From a virus: 64,000 bases of DNA. Below the pieces are notes generated by a model, which was not told the origin of the DNA, ran no database searches, and saw only the letters and a program-made list of their open reading frames with translations. The translations under genes were made by a program, and so were the position numbers. Of the stretch, positions 1 to 9,164 are shown piece by piece; positions within the stretch are counted from its first letter, which is position 1; each line of letters begins with the position of its first letter. Location: IMG/VR virus record IMGVR_UViG_3300021255_002126, positions 4,253-68,252 of that record; one strand, 5' to 3'.

Positions 1-128
1 GAACTGCTTTCCGCATTTCTCGCAGACATACACATCAACGCCTTCGTTGCGACCATCATACATTTTTGCAGATTCTATGCCGGCAACCTTTTCATCGTAC
101 TTTTGTTTTAACTCTGTTGTTTTCATAA

Positions 129-407
129 TTATTTGTTTTTAAGTTCTTCAACAAGTGCATCTGCTTGCTCGACAGCAAGTTTTGCAATAGTCTCTCTATT
201 ATAATCTATACTACCAAAGAAATTCATCACTCCTTGCATAGCGGCTATGGCTGCCTGTATTCTAACACCTTGCCATTGGTCTGGAAGTTGTATTATGTGG
301 TTTTGAAACTCACATTCTTTTTCTCCATCGGATGTCCTGTAGTGGCAATCCATTGTGCAATCCTTACATTTCATAATCATTTCTTTAATTGTTTTGTTTT
401 TAATCAT
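129..407 (-). CDS. Hypothetical phage protein
   Basis: ORF with common phage motif AAIAAMQG...A.LAVEQADALVEELK. Confidence 0.7.
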   Translation of the reverse strand: MIKNKTIKEMIMKCKDCTMDCHYRTSDGEKECEFQNHIIQLPDQWQGVRIQAAIAAMQGVMNFFGSIDYNRETIAKLAVEQADALVEELKNK

Positions 408-651
408 CAGATATAAGTGCTTGCACCATGAGTTTAAACACTCCCAAATCTAACTTTTCAAGTAGCACACTTGTTGCTCTCCTGCTGTTAGGAGTATAGT
501 GCCATACTATCTTTACTGTCCATCTATCAACGAACACATCTAAGAGACTATCTTCAATATTCTTGGTAAAGACATCTCTAGGAAACTCTGCATCTCTCTC
601 ATACTTATACTCTTCTGAGAGCAGATAATCTTTTAATTCTTCTCTTTCCAT
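400..651 (-). CDS. Hypothetical protein
   Basis: 83-aa ORF packed against neighbour. Confidence 0.6.
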   Translation of the reverse strand: MEREELKDYLLSEEYKYERDAEFPRDVFTKNIEDSLLDVFVDRWTVKIVWHYTPNSRRATSVLLEKLDLGVFKLMVQALISDD

Positions 652-671
652 AGTTGTATAGTTTTTATTAG

Positions 672-1258
672 TGGACTCTGAGAGAATCGAACTCTCATCT
701 ATAGACTACCACACTATGTTACCATAGCCAAACAATTCGTTACAAGACACAATGCCGAGTAACTACATTTTCGGTTTACACAACCTCGGATTTTCAACCC
801 TATTGTTTGTTGTGGTCTGGACTGTCTCTTTACCATATTGAAATTCTTGCAAGATATAACAACATATCACAATCTGTCAAAACTCCATGTGTTATAAATT
901 TCAACTTAGGTATCTCCCGTTTGGCCTCTACACGATTATGAGAAATCAAGCCCCTATCTTGCCTGAATTATTTCGTCATACGGGTCCTACACTCAATGCC
1001 TACACGCGTATTATTTCAACATTTTCGTTTTTATAGTAGGATTCTCATTTTCGCTCGGTATTGTCCTCACACATTATTGATTAGTGTTGTTTGCTCCATC
1101 TTAGGATTCACACCCTTCTTATACGCAACGCATATTAGGTTATACCAATGAAGACTTAATTAAGGATTTCCACCGAATTTAGGAGATTCTACATAGGGAT
1201 TTCTCGCCCATGCACTCTTTTCATGAGTCTATATGTTCTACCATTGAACTAAGAGTCC
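672..1258 (-). tRNA. Intron-split tRNA, probable anticodon CAU (Met or Ile2); exons ~1223-1258 and ~672-708
   Basis: 5' exon GGACTCT-TA-GTTC-AATGGTA-GAAC-A-TATAGA-CTCAT; 3' exon TCTATA-GAT-GAGAG-TTCGATT-CTCTC-AGAGTCC-A; acceptor, D, anticodon and T stems all pair. Confidence 0.85.
709..1222 (-). ncRNA. Group I intron (tRNA-type, no homing endonuclease ORF)
   Basis: P1 CAU/GUG, P2 CAUGGG/CCUAUG, P3 AUCUCC/GGAGAU, AAAUUCGGUGGAAA core, P7 segments GUAGAGGCC and AAGAGACAGUCC, P9.0-like ACCACA/UGUGGU; 3' splice site uncertain by a few nt. Confidence 0.85.
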
Positions 1259-1360
1259 AAGTTGCCCCTACGCTTAGGGGCCAGAAATGAATATATAGTA
1301 ATAAACACTAAGAAAAAGACCCTCTCGGGCATCATATAAGAAACTATAATACAATAACTA

Positions 1361-1450
1361 TGGAGGGTAGAGGGGAGACTCGAACTCCCAACCCAACGTG
1401 TTCAACGTCGCTCTGCCTATGTGCTTACACCGCACTTGAGTTACTCTCCC
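1361..1450 (-). tRNA. Atypical tRNA-Phe(GAA)-like gene with a hairpin inserted in the D-loop
   Basis: GGGAGAG/CTCT(A)CCC acceptor, CGACG-TTGAACA-CGTTG anticodon arm, GGGAG-TTCGAGT-CTCCC T arm, encoded CCA. Confidence 0.7.
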
Positions 1451-1498
1451 TACATGCAAAACAAAAATTTAACGCGACAGCCCTCTCGGGTTTACCTT

Positions 1499-1756
1499 CT
1501 ATCTCACTTCGTCAGAGTCACATACAAGCACATCTCCCACAATAATGTCGTAACCACAAAGTTCCGTAGCCTTGATGTTTATGGGCAATCCATTTACCTT
1601 GCCCTCTTCGTTCACTACCATGATTCTATTGCCTGATAGAGTGACTATCTCTATGTAACCACCGACTATCTTTTTCAATTCTTCAAGTTTGAAATCACGC
1701 CCGTTCTTTGGCTGTGTTTCAATCTTTTGTCCGTCTGCTTTGAAAATTGTTGCCAT
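1499..1756 (-). CDS. DUF3846 family protein
   Basis: LEELKKIVGGYIE...VNEEGK..LPIN..AT motif. Confidence 0.8.
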   Translation of the reverse strand: MATIFKADGQKIETQPKNGRDFKLEELKKIVGGYIEIVTLSGNRIMVVNEEGKVNGLPINIKATELCGYDIIVGDVLVCDSDEVR

Positions 1757-1767
1757 ATTCCCAATCT

Positions 1768-1974
1768 TTACATACTTGCTTTCCAAAATTTAACTATCTC
1801 TAATCCTGTGTAGAACTTACGACCATTAGACTTCCTGTGCTGACAATTTATGCCAGTAGGGCCAACGTTCGTATGTCTTCTTAGCGTATTCCGATGGCAT
1901 CCAAGTATTTTGGCTGCCTCTCCAATACTGAACCTTGCAGTAGGAGAAACCTTCGGCTCTTCGTTGACCATCAT
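1768..1974 (-). CDS. xis: Excisionase / MerR-like HTH DNA-binding protein
   Basis: FSIGEAAKILGCHRNTLRR HTH; small, basic, divergent from integrase across attP. Confidence 0.75.
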   Translation of the reverse strand: MMVNEEPKVSPTARFSIGEAAKILGCHRNTLRRHTNVGPTGINCQHRKSNGRKFYTGLEIVKFWKASM

Positions 1975-2192
1975 TGCTCGTCGTCTTTGATTGGAACATA
2001 TTTAGAGACGCAGTATGCCGCGCAAGCGAAGTTGACTACCGCTATTGATGTGAGTACGAGATTACCTCCGCACACTCCCAATGCCACGAATGACAATCCA
2101 AACCATGCAGAAATAGCCTTCTGCTTTAATGACTTACTATCCCATTGTACTGACTCCTTCCAAAGGGACCACAAATTCTTTGTTTCTTTCAT
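1971..2192 (-). CDS. Small membrane protein
   Basis: Two hydrophobic segments; starts in AAGAGCAATG motif. Confidence 0.65.
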   Translation of the reverse strand: MKETKNLWSLWKESVQWDSKSLKQKAISAWFGLSFVALGVCGGNLVLTSIAVVNFACAAYCVSKYVPIKDDEQ

Positions 2193-2215
2193 TGCTCTTG
2201 CCTTTTAGATGATTA

Positions 2216-2572
2216 TTACCAATACCTGCAGTTCCTCCACAGGTAATCTTTAAACTCTCTTTCTTCTTCAAAATCGTTCAGCGCCTCGGTATGGATAGAC
2301 CACCAATCCGGCATCATACCTGTTATGGTGGACTTAAGCAAAGGAGATTCGTGACCATTGCTATGAATGACATCAACCTCGCACTTTCCATTGCTATACA
2401 TCGTGATTTCAATAAGTCCAGACTCGCACTCGTAAACCAACCTTGCAACGGAATTTGTCAAACACTCCTCGTAAATTTCCTTTTCCATGCTCTCGACGAG
2501 AAAATCAAGGAACTTGGAAATGCCTATCCTGTCGGTGGCACCTTCTCCATGTCTTTTTATTCCTGTATTCAT
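2216..2572 (-). CDS. Hypothetical protein
   Basis: 118-aa ORF downstream of TAnnTTTG boxes. Confidence 0.65.
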   Translation of the reverse strand: MNTGIKRHGEGATDRIGISKFLDFLVESMEKEIYEECLTNSVARLVYECESGLIEITMYSNGKCEVDVIHSNGHESPLLKSTITGMMPDWWSIHTEALNDFEEEREFKDYLWRNCRYW

Positions 2573-2643
2573 TTTCTTTCGATTTTTGTTGCGGCACTGA
2601 AACTTTCTTTGTATCTTTGCGCCGTTAGTATAATATGGTAATG

Positions 2644-2690
2644 CAAAGGTACAAAAAATATTTAGAAAAATCTAAGAATAGTCTTAGAAA
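2644..2690 (-). promoter_or_regulatory. Promoter of xis operon with palindromic operator
   Basis: TACCTTTG at 2644-2651 (minus); inverted repeat TCTAAGA-ATAG-TCTTAGA at 2671-2688. Confidence 0.55.
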
Positions 2691-2761
2691 TATCTACTTA
2701 TAAATAAAATTTAACATTTGACAGGGAGTTGTGGTCCGAGGGGGGAAACCGAAAAAAGTGA

Positions 2762-3017
2762 AAATAACGTGCAAAAGCAAAATGTCGGTTTTGTAATTCG
2801 TTGGGAATTAGTGCTTTGCATCGCAAGGGTGCACGCCTGGAAAGCGTGTAATCGGCGAAACCGATTCGGGGGTTCGAATCCCCCTCTCTCCGCTGAAACG
2901 CAGGGAAACAAAGGGATTCTGAACGCTCACCATGATGGTTGGGCGTTCTTGGTTTTGAACAACTTTGCACCATTTTGATGCTTTCTGCACAAATAAACGT
3001 GCAAATAACGTGCAAGT
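2762..3017 (+). repeat. Integrase arm-type binding repeats (AATAACGTGCAA)
   Basis: Copies at ~2762-2775 and tandem at ~2991-3017 flanking the att core. Confidence 0.7.
2831..2893 (+). other. attP core = 3' two-thirds of tRNA-Ser(GGA)
   Basis: GCACGCCTGGAAAGCGTG...GGGGGTTCGAATCCCCCTCTCTCCGC; 5' acceptor strand and D arm missing; adjacent to integrase. Confidence 0.9.
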
Positions 3018-3022
3018 AAAAT

Positions 3023-4237
3023 ATGGCAACTACTAAACTTTATCTGGACACAAGAGCCACTAAGAGAGGCGAAACAGCACCTCTAAAGTTGCGCATTACG
3101 AAAAATGGGGAGGCAGGGTTTATCCCTCTACACATCCGTGTGCTTCCGAGTCAATGGGACAAAGAGCATGGTAAAGTAAAAGATAACCCGAACAAGACAT
3201 CTATAAATGCTTACATTCAGAGTCAGAAGCAGAGAATTGATAATATCCTTCTAAAACTGACCTCTGAAGGTCGTCTCGCAAATATGTCTGCCGTGCAAAT
3301 CAAAAATCTCATCTTGGAACTTCTCAATCCGAAAAACAACGATAAGTCGCTTTTCCTAAACCGCTTCAAAGGTTATATGGAAACGAGGCAGAAGGAGCGT
3401 ACCCGTGACCTTTACCTGCAGACCTATAAACGCATTACGCAGTTCGACACGAAAGCCGGACAACTGTCCTTTGAGCAGATCGGCAAGGACTGGCTCACGC
3501 GATTCGATAGGTTCCTGATGGAATTTGAGCCTTCGCAGAACTCCAGGAGTATCCACTTCCGAAATATCCGTGCCGTATTCAACGACGCTATAGACAACGA
3601 CATTACCACATCTTATCCATTCCGCAAGTTTATGGTAAGACCTGTGCCTACAGTCAAGCGAGCATATAGCATAGAGAGACTGAGGGAACTTTTCAACTAC
3701 CCCGTGCTTCCTCATCAACAAAAATATGTAGATGTGTTTAAACTAATCTTTTATCTCGTTGGAATCAATCTTGTAGACCTCTGTAACCTAACTAAAATCG
3801 ATGATGGGAGAATAGTGTATCAACGCTCCAAAACATCACGTCTATATAACATCAAAGTGGAACCCGAGGCACAAGAAATCATAGACCGATACCGAGGAAC
3901 AAAGAAATTGCTTAACATTGCCGACAAGTTCAAAAACGTACATACATTCACAAGCACAGTCAACAGGGCATTAAAACAAATTGGAACCCGAGAGCATGTG
4001 GTCACTAATGGAAGAAAACAACTTGTCTATCATTCTGCTTTCCCCGACCTCTCTACCTATGTGGCCAGACACACATGGGCTACCATCGCCTACGAACTGG
4101 AGATACCTAACGAGACGATAGCAGCCGCCCTCGGCCATTCTTTCGGCAATAGGACAACTGCTATCTACATAGACAAGGACATTCGTAAGGTTGACGAAGC
4201 CAACCGCAAAGTCATTGATTACGTTCTTGGACTATAA
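3023..4237 (+). CDS. int: Tyrosine integrase (Bacteroidetes arm-binding + SAM-like + catalytic domains)
   Basis: KLYLDTR...PLKLRIT N-terminus; YVARHTWAT, LGHS, TAIY catalytic motifs. Confidence 0.95.
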   Translation: MATTKLYLDTRATKRGETAPLKLRITKNGEAGFIPLHIRVLPSQWDKEHGKVKDNPNKTSINAYIQSQKQRIDNILLKLTSEGRLANMSAVQIKNLILELLNPKNNDKSLFLNRFKGYMETRQKERTRDLYLQTYKRITQFDTKAGQLSFEQIGKDWLTRFDRFLMEFEPSQNSRSIHFRNIRAVFNDAIDNDITTSYPFRKFMVRPVPTVKRAYSIERLRELFNYPVLPHQQKYVDVFKLIFYLVGINLVDLCNLTKIDDGRIVYQRSKTSRLYNIKVEPEAQEIIDRYRGTKKLLNIADKFKNVHTFTSTVNRALKQIGTREHVVTNGRKQLVYHSAFPDLSTYVARHTWATIAYELEIPNETIAAALGHSFGNRTTAIYIDKDIRKVDEANRKVIDYVLGL

Positions 4238-4570
4238 CAATTCCGCTACACGTTCCATCTCTTCCAATTCTTTCTTCAAGCCCGTTATCTTCTGAGGCAA
4301 AACCCTGTATAGTTTCTCCGCCTTGAACAAGTCTAACCAATGAGTCTTGTTCTCAGGGTCTCGCTTCTGTATGAATGGTATGAGGTTGTCGAGGTGGCTA
4401 TCTTCGAGTTCATACACCCAAATACTCTTGCCGTCTTGCGTCTTCCACGCTGGATAAGTTTTCCTCTTTGCCTTATAGTCTTCCATCCACATTTCATACT
4501 CGGCAATATCCCATCTAATACTGTCCATGCGACCGAAGAAAATGTCTAACTGATAATCTATGAAACTCAT
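4232..4570 (-). CDS. Hypothetical early protein
   Basis: ORF in tightly packed minus-strand cassette. Confidence 0.7.
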   Translation of the reverse strand: MSFIDYQLDIFFGRMDSIRWDIAEYEMWMEDYKAKRKTYPAWKTQDGKSIWVYELEDSHLDNLIPFIQKRDPENKTHWLDLFKAEKLYRVLPQKITGLKKELEEMERVAELL

Positions 4571-4573
4571 GGC

Positions 4574-4960
4574 TTACCCCCTGTAGTTTTGCATAACCCA
4601 ATCAACAAGTTTCTTCCTGTTCTCGGTGTCGAGTTCGCAGTAGAAGAACATCATCCGTGCATCGCCTCTGTGCTCGAACTTCTGCCACATCTCGATGATG
4701 TGCTGGGTGAAGTAGTTGTCCTCGCAGTAGTAGCGTCCGCCGAAGCCGGACAGCGTGCCGCCCCAAATCTTACAAATGACATGCTCGAAGGGAGTGCGGT
4801 AGTTAAAGCACCACAGCGTCCACTTCTTGATGATGCTGTTGATGTCAGCCGACTCCTCGCGTACCATCTGAACGGCCTTCATGGCATCGTCCACACTTAC
4901 ATACTGAGCCTGGTCGGAACCTCCGACCGTGGCAATCTTGATATAATCTTCTGCTTTCAT
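4574..4960 (-). CDS. Hypothetical early protein
   Basis: ORF in packed cassette. Confidence 0.7.
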   Translation of the reverse strand: MKAEDYIKIATVGGSDQAQYVSVDDAMKAVQMVREESADINSIIKKWTLWCFNYRTPFEHVICKIWGGTLSGFGGRYYCEDNYFTQHIIEMWQKFEHRGDARMMFFYCELDTENRKKLVDWVMQNYRG

Positions 4961-4963
4961 ATT

Positions 4964-5206
4964 TTAATCTAAGTGTCTGTTTACATATCTTTTGAACTCT
5001 TCATCGGTCAGTTTTTCGAGGACTTCATCATCCACATAACCGTAAATCTGTTCATCTATCGCTTGCGCCTCTCTGTCTGGATAATCACCATTGACAACTA
5101 TTTTGTTCTCCAGAGAAAAGCCGCCTATATTCACATGACCACCTGCCATGTGAAACACGCTACGGATGAGAAATTTCTCACCCTTATAATTGATTTCGCA
5201 CTTCAT
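4964..5206 (-). CDS. Hypothetical early protein
   Basis: ORF in packed cassette. Confidence 0.7.
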   Translation of the reverse strand: MKCEINYKGEKFLIRSVFHMAGGHVNIGGFSLENKIVVNGDYPDREAQAIDEQIYGYVDDEVLEKLTDEEFKRYVNRHLD

Positions 5207-5523
5207 TATTCTTTAACTTTTTCGTTGATGTATGCTGAAAACTCTTTCGCTATGCGGATGGCATCTTCGTCCGTCAGCTCGTCGAAGTCGCCTCTGTACT
5301 CATCCTCTCCGTTGAACTCTCCGTCAAGGATTTCCCTCACATACAGGCTGTCAGAGCCGATGTGGTGATAACACTTGCTGATACGCACCTGAGCATATCC
5401 GCTGTCGCTTGTAACCATGATGCAAGGTTCCTGTATGCCCTCGCTCTCAAATGTCGTTCTTTCTACTTTCATAACATTGTCCGTTTTATATTCCAATATA
5501 ACTTGCTCTGTCGCATTCTCCAT
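5206..5523 (-). CDS. Hypothetical acidic protein
   Basis: ORF, stop overlaps next start. Confidence 0.65.
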   Translation of the reverse strand: MENATEQVILEYKTDNVMKVERTTFESEGIQEPCIMVTSDSGYAQVRISKCYHHIGSDSLYVREILDGEFNGEDEYRGDFDELTDEDAIRIAKEFSAYINEKVKE

Positions 5524-5628
5524 TCTTCCACTTTATCAAAATGGAATATCCGCCTAAATCAATCGATATTTCTTCGACATCTTCAGGTTCAAATTGAACT
5601 TCTCCGCGTTCATCCCATAGTCTTGCTT

Positions 5629-5874
5629 TCATATCGCTATTTGTTCTACTTTTAACTTATCGAAGGGAACCATCAGTTCCCCTTGCTTCAGATACCCTGC
5701 CTCACCGCAATGGATGAACAGGTTGCAATAACCCTCCTCGGATGGCATGATGTGCAGGAACGGCTTCCCGTCCTTCGTGGCCCACCGATGGGAGGTGGCG
5801 CCAGCCCTATCCGGCTCTGTCAGCGTATAGGTGTGAACCGAACCATTCGGAAACTTCTTCTCTAAGGTCTGCAT
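5629..5874 (-). CDS. Hypothetical early protein
   Basis: ORF in packed cassette. Confidence 0.65.
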   Translation of the reverse strand: MQTLEKKFPNGSVHTYTLTEPDRAGATSHRWATKDGKPFLHIMPSEEGYCNLFIHCGEAGYLKQGELMVPFDKLKVEQIAI

Positions 5875-5877
5875 AGG

Positions 5878-6111
5878 CTACGCTTCTATCACTTCTTGGA
5901 GGCTTTCAATCAAATCGTCAAAGTTACTCTCCTGGTCTTCGAGGGTGCTGATGTTCTCATACATCTGAGAACCCCTCTCACCATCCTGCAGGCTTTCCGG
6001 CATGTTGTCGTAGGCTTCTTGTTCTTCCTCACAAATGGAGGAAACCTCTTCTTTCAAATTCTCCAGTTGGTCTATGACCTCCTGCAGTCTCTTTCTTCTT
6101 TCTTTGTTCAT
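5878..6111 (-). CDS. Conserved acidic coiled-coil phage protein
   Basis: MNKERRKRL...EEQEAYDNMPESLQ motif; AGAGCAATG start. Confidence 0.75.
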   Translation of the reverse strand: MNKERRKRLQEVIDQLENLKEEVSSICEEEQEAYDNMPESLQDGERGSQMYENISTLEDQESNFDDLIESLQEVIEA

Positions 6112-6130
6112 TGCTCTTGATTTTTATGGT

Positions 6131-6964
6131 TTATGAAACTCTTGTATAATACTTCTTCATTGTCCTGCTGATAATATCAGCAATCTCCTCTTCGCTTTTC
6201 GTGCCTCCGAACTTGTCATTGGCCCATGCCGTCACCTTGTCGATGTTGTCATTATACAACTGCTCGTTCTTGATTCTCAACTTCTCTGCTTTTGCCTCAT
6301 CATCGATATTGGTGTACTCGCCCAAGTCTTCCACAGCGGCTTCGGAAACAACCGCTCTCACAAACATTCTCCAATTCCTGTTGAATGTTTCCCTGTCGCA
6401 ACTCGAGTAACTTGCATCGTACGCCAACTGATGTATGAGGTTAGGCAACTTTTCATTCTTCACCGACCAAGACTTGAAAACGTCGAGCAAATTATCCATC
6501 TTCAACTCGACATATCCGGCGCAAATGTTACGAGCAACCTTTGTCACAGGGTCTAAGACTTCGCATAAGGTCTTTGTTGGATAATACATACTCTTCTCCT
6601 CAAAAACTCTTACCGCTATTCCATCGCCCTTGAATTTTCTTCCCCTACTCACTGTACATGGGAGGCATATTCTTTTGTCAACAAAGTCTCCTGCGTAACT
6701 TAGAACTCTGATTATCGAACCACCGAAATGGTCAACGACAACCGACACCAAATCTTCGTATTTGGTCAAACCTTGCTCTATTGCTGTTCTCCAAGGCACT
6801 CCTTTATAACTATCACCCGTGCCATGACCAAAATTCGACCTTACGATTTCCTTCTCTTGCATGTCGTAATAGAACGAACACCATACTCCGTAGTCGTCCC
6901 AATCATAGGGAATGTCCGCTTCTAATACGATGTACCTGTCTTTCAATTCTTTCTTTTCTTTCAT
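6131..6964 (-). CDS. Hypothetical early protein
   Basis: Start placed at AGAGCAATG just downstream of promoter repeat 1. Confidence 0.75.
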   Translation of the reverse strand: MKEKKELKDRYIVLEADIPYDWDDYGVWCSFYYDMQEKEIVRSNFGHGTGDSYKGVPWRTAIEQGLTKYEDLVSVVVDHFGGSIIRVLSYAGDFVDKRICLPCTVSRGRKFKGDGIAVRVFEEKSMYYPTKTLCEVLDPVTKVARNICAGYVELKMDNLLDVFKSWSVKNEKLPNLIHQLAYDASYSSCDRETFNRNWRMFVRAVVSEAAVEDLGEYTNIDDEAKAEKLRIKNEQLYNDNIDKVTAWANDKFGGTKSEEEIADIISRTMKKYYTRVS

Positions 6965-6990
6965 TGCTCTTCTTTTTTTGCGGTTAAACA

Positions 6991-7097
6991 TGTTTCTTAT
7001 ATTTACATGTAAATGTACTCATTTTTTTTCAAATGACCAAGTGGAAATTCCTAAATTTTCAGCATAACTACCTGTTATTCAGATAGTTTAACTTTTG
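6991..7097 (-). promoter_or_regulatory. Early promoter repeat, copy 1
   Basis: TACATTTA box (7010-7017) followed by AAATATAAGAAACA leader. Confidence 0.75.
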
Positions 7098-7585
7098 TAC
7101 TGAGCGTGCAGCAAAGCGGTCTCCATATCATTGTAGATGAAACCTCTGCTTTCCATCTGATTCTCCGCATACTCCAGCCGCCAGGTCTCTTTCGTGACAT
7201 TGCCAGTAGGGATGCCGTTCTCATCCAACTCACAGACGTAGTACACATGGTTAAGGTCGGCCACCATGTCATATACTGCATCGTACAGATCGTCGAGTGT
7301 GTCCGTGACTACCTTGCCTGCATGTTCGCAGGGAAGCCAAAAGTCTTCATCGAACGGCAAGATGTAGATTTCGCCATCCTCATACTTAACCTTCCTAACC
7401 AGTACCTCCCGAGTGCTGTCTGCTCCATCCGTGCTGAGGATAACGAAGCAGTTGCGCTGCCATCCTCCATCGTCCGGCAGGAAGTCAAACTCGGTTATGC
7501 TCGTCTTCTCAAAGAGAGCCACTATAGCCTCCAGCATTTCGTTGTGGAGCGCTTTCTTCTTCTCATAGAAATCAATTCTCTTCAT
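7088..7585 (-). CDS. Hypothetical acidic protein
   Basis: 165-aa ORF. Confidence 0.7.
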   Translation of the reverse strand: MKRIDFYEKKKALHNEMLEAIVALFEKTSITEFDFLPDDGGWQRNCFVILSTDGADSTREVLVRKVKYEDGEIYILPFDEDFWLPCEHAGKVVTDTLDDLYDAVYDMVADLNHVYYVCELDENGIPTGNVTKETWRLEYAENQMESRGFIYNDMETALLHAQYKS

Positions 7586-7724
7586 TGTTGTCTAATTCAT
7601 TGTTCAACGATATTACCTTTCTCTTGCAGAACCGCTTCCCCTTGCCGATGAAGGAGAAGGTGCGGCTGCCGTTGTCATAGACAGCCCACTTGCCTTTGTA
7701 CTTTGCTAACTCGAAATCCATATC

Positions 7725-7928
7725 TTACTCATTATAACCAACCGATCCGAAGCGGGCGCCGAAGAGCCAATACACTTGACTCTTCTTCTCGCTCACCTTT
7801 TCAACATACTGCATCGGCACATTATACCTCTGCATTTCCCTCTCTGTATACAACTCGTTCTGAACGAATATCGAACCATCACTACGTTCATGGTTGTCGA
7901 ACTCCTTCTTAATCCTGTAGTACGTCAT
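7725..7928 (-). CDS. Hypothetical protein
   Basis: ORF overlapping neighbour by 4 nt. Confidence 0.65.
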   Translation of the reverse strand: MTYYRIKKEFDNHERSDGSIFVQNELYTEREMQRYNVPMQYVEKVSEKKSQVYWLFGARFGSVGYNE

Positions 7929-8146
7929 ACCTTTTCCTCCCTCGTTGATGAAACAATCTCTTCAAAAACTTGAAGGTTGCGGGCATTGTTGACCACAGCC
8001 TTCAACTCTTCAAATTCATCCTTATCGATAAGTACCATGTCGTTACCGATAATTACTCTTGCATATCCTTCATAGTTGGCATCCTCCAACTGGCTCCAGG
8101 CAGTATCTAATATCTGCTGGGCGATGCTTGGCAAGTAGTCAATCAT
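7925..8146 (-). CDS. Hypothetical protein
   Basis: ORF overlapping neighbours. Confidence 0.65.
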   Translation of the reverse strand: MIDYLPSIAQQILDTAWSQLEDANYEGYARVIIGNDMVLIDKDEFEELKAVVNNARNLQVFEEIVSSTREEKV

Positions 8147-8627
8147 GGCTCACCTCCTTTACCTCAATGATGTCAATGGTGTTGTGCTCAAACGTATAGA
8201 CCTTCTTGCACATTTCCCCTGCCTGCTCTGGTGTGGGTGCATAGAAGTTCTGATGTTCTTTGACCACACATTGGCTGTCCTTATACTCTACCTCCCAATA
8301 CTTCCAGCCTTCTGGAACCCTGTTCTTTGCCTCGGCTACTGCCTTGTCAAGCCTTTTATTCTCCTGCCCGAAGAACGTAAGGCACTTCTCCAAGTTCTCA
8401 ATCGTACTGATGATGTCGCCCACATAGAAATGGCTATGCAGGTCCATGTACTTTTCAAAGACTTCATTCTCGAACTCTTCATCGGTACACAGCCCGCTGT
8501 GATGTTGCTCCAACTGTTCGTAGTACCATGCGGACTTCTTGCTGTCATACTCATTGAATTCATCCTGCATTTCCTGTAGGATTGCCGTTAGTTCTTCTAC
8601 GGCTGCTTTCAGTCTTTCTTTCTTCAT
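8139..8627 (-). CDS. Hypothetical acidic protein
   Basis: AGAGCAATG start. Confidence 0.7.
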   Translation of the reverse strand: MKKERLKAAVEELTAILQEMQDEFNEYDSKKSAWYYEQLEQHHSGLCTDEEFENEVFEKYMDLHSHFYVGDIISTIENLEKCLTFFGQENKRLDKAVAEAKNRVPEGWKYWEVEYKDSQCVVKEHQNFYAPTPEQAGEMCKKVYTFEHNTIDIIEVKEVSHD

Positions 8628-8645
8628 TGCTCTAATCTTTAAAGG

Positions 8646-9005
8646 TTAAACATTTTTCATTCTCAACTCTATCGTGTTCTCTGCGTTCACAGCCTCTCGC
8701 CAACCCTTGTGGTCTTGTCCTGTCAACTGCGAGTATCTGTTGCGGAAAAAGAAGCATACATCATCTTCCAAGGTTTCCGGACAAGAGATGGTCTCGAACC
8801 AAACCCACTGCCACTCACTCTTACCTTTTCTACCTGCTATGTTGCACATTCCAAACTCATAACCTACTATACAGCGTTTCTCTTTCCAGACTAACTTTCC
8901 GTCCTCTAATTCCGGACACTCATAAGGCTTGCTGTAAATCGGGTGAACTTCGTGGCGAACATTCTTTGTTTCGAAGAAATCTTTCAATTCTTTGTATGTC
9001 TTCAT
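8646..9005 (-). CDS. Hypothetical early protein
   Basis: First gene after promoter repeat 2; AGAGCAATG start. Confidence 0.75.
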   Translation of the reverse strand: MKTYKELKDFFETKNVRHEVHPIYSKPYECPELEDGKLVWKEKRCIVGYEFGMCNIAGRKGKSEWQWVWFETISCPETLEDDVCFFFRNRYSQLTGQDHKGWREAVNAENTIELRMKNV

Positions 9006-9023
9006 TGCTCTTCTATTTTAATG

Positions 9024-9130
9024 GTTTCTTATATTTCTACTGTAAAGGTAGTCATTTTTTGGCAATTTTCCAAACGTTTTTCAAAGTATTTTTCCTCGCA
9101 ACTTGCTGATTTTCAAATATTTAACTTTTG
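9024..9130 (-). promoter_or_regulatory. Early promoter repeat, copy 2
   Basis: TTGG-N7-CCAA palindrome, TACCTTTA (9043-9050), AAATATAAGAAAC leader. Confidence 0.8.
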
Positions 9131-9164
9131 CCCAAATATTAGAGAGGAAACCCAAAAGCGTTGG

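Noticed and set aside
640-672. Theta (HDV-like) ribozymes after phage tRNAs
   Set aside because: tRNA trailers are short A/U-rich tracts with no nested pseudoknot
2831-2893. Complete tRNA-Ser gene
   Set aside because: 5' acceptor strand and D arm are absent; it is the att core
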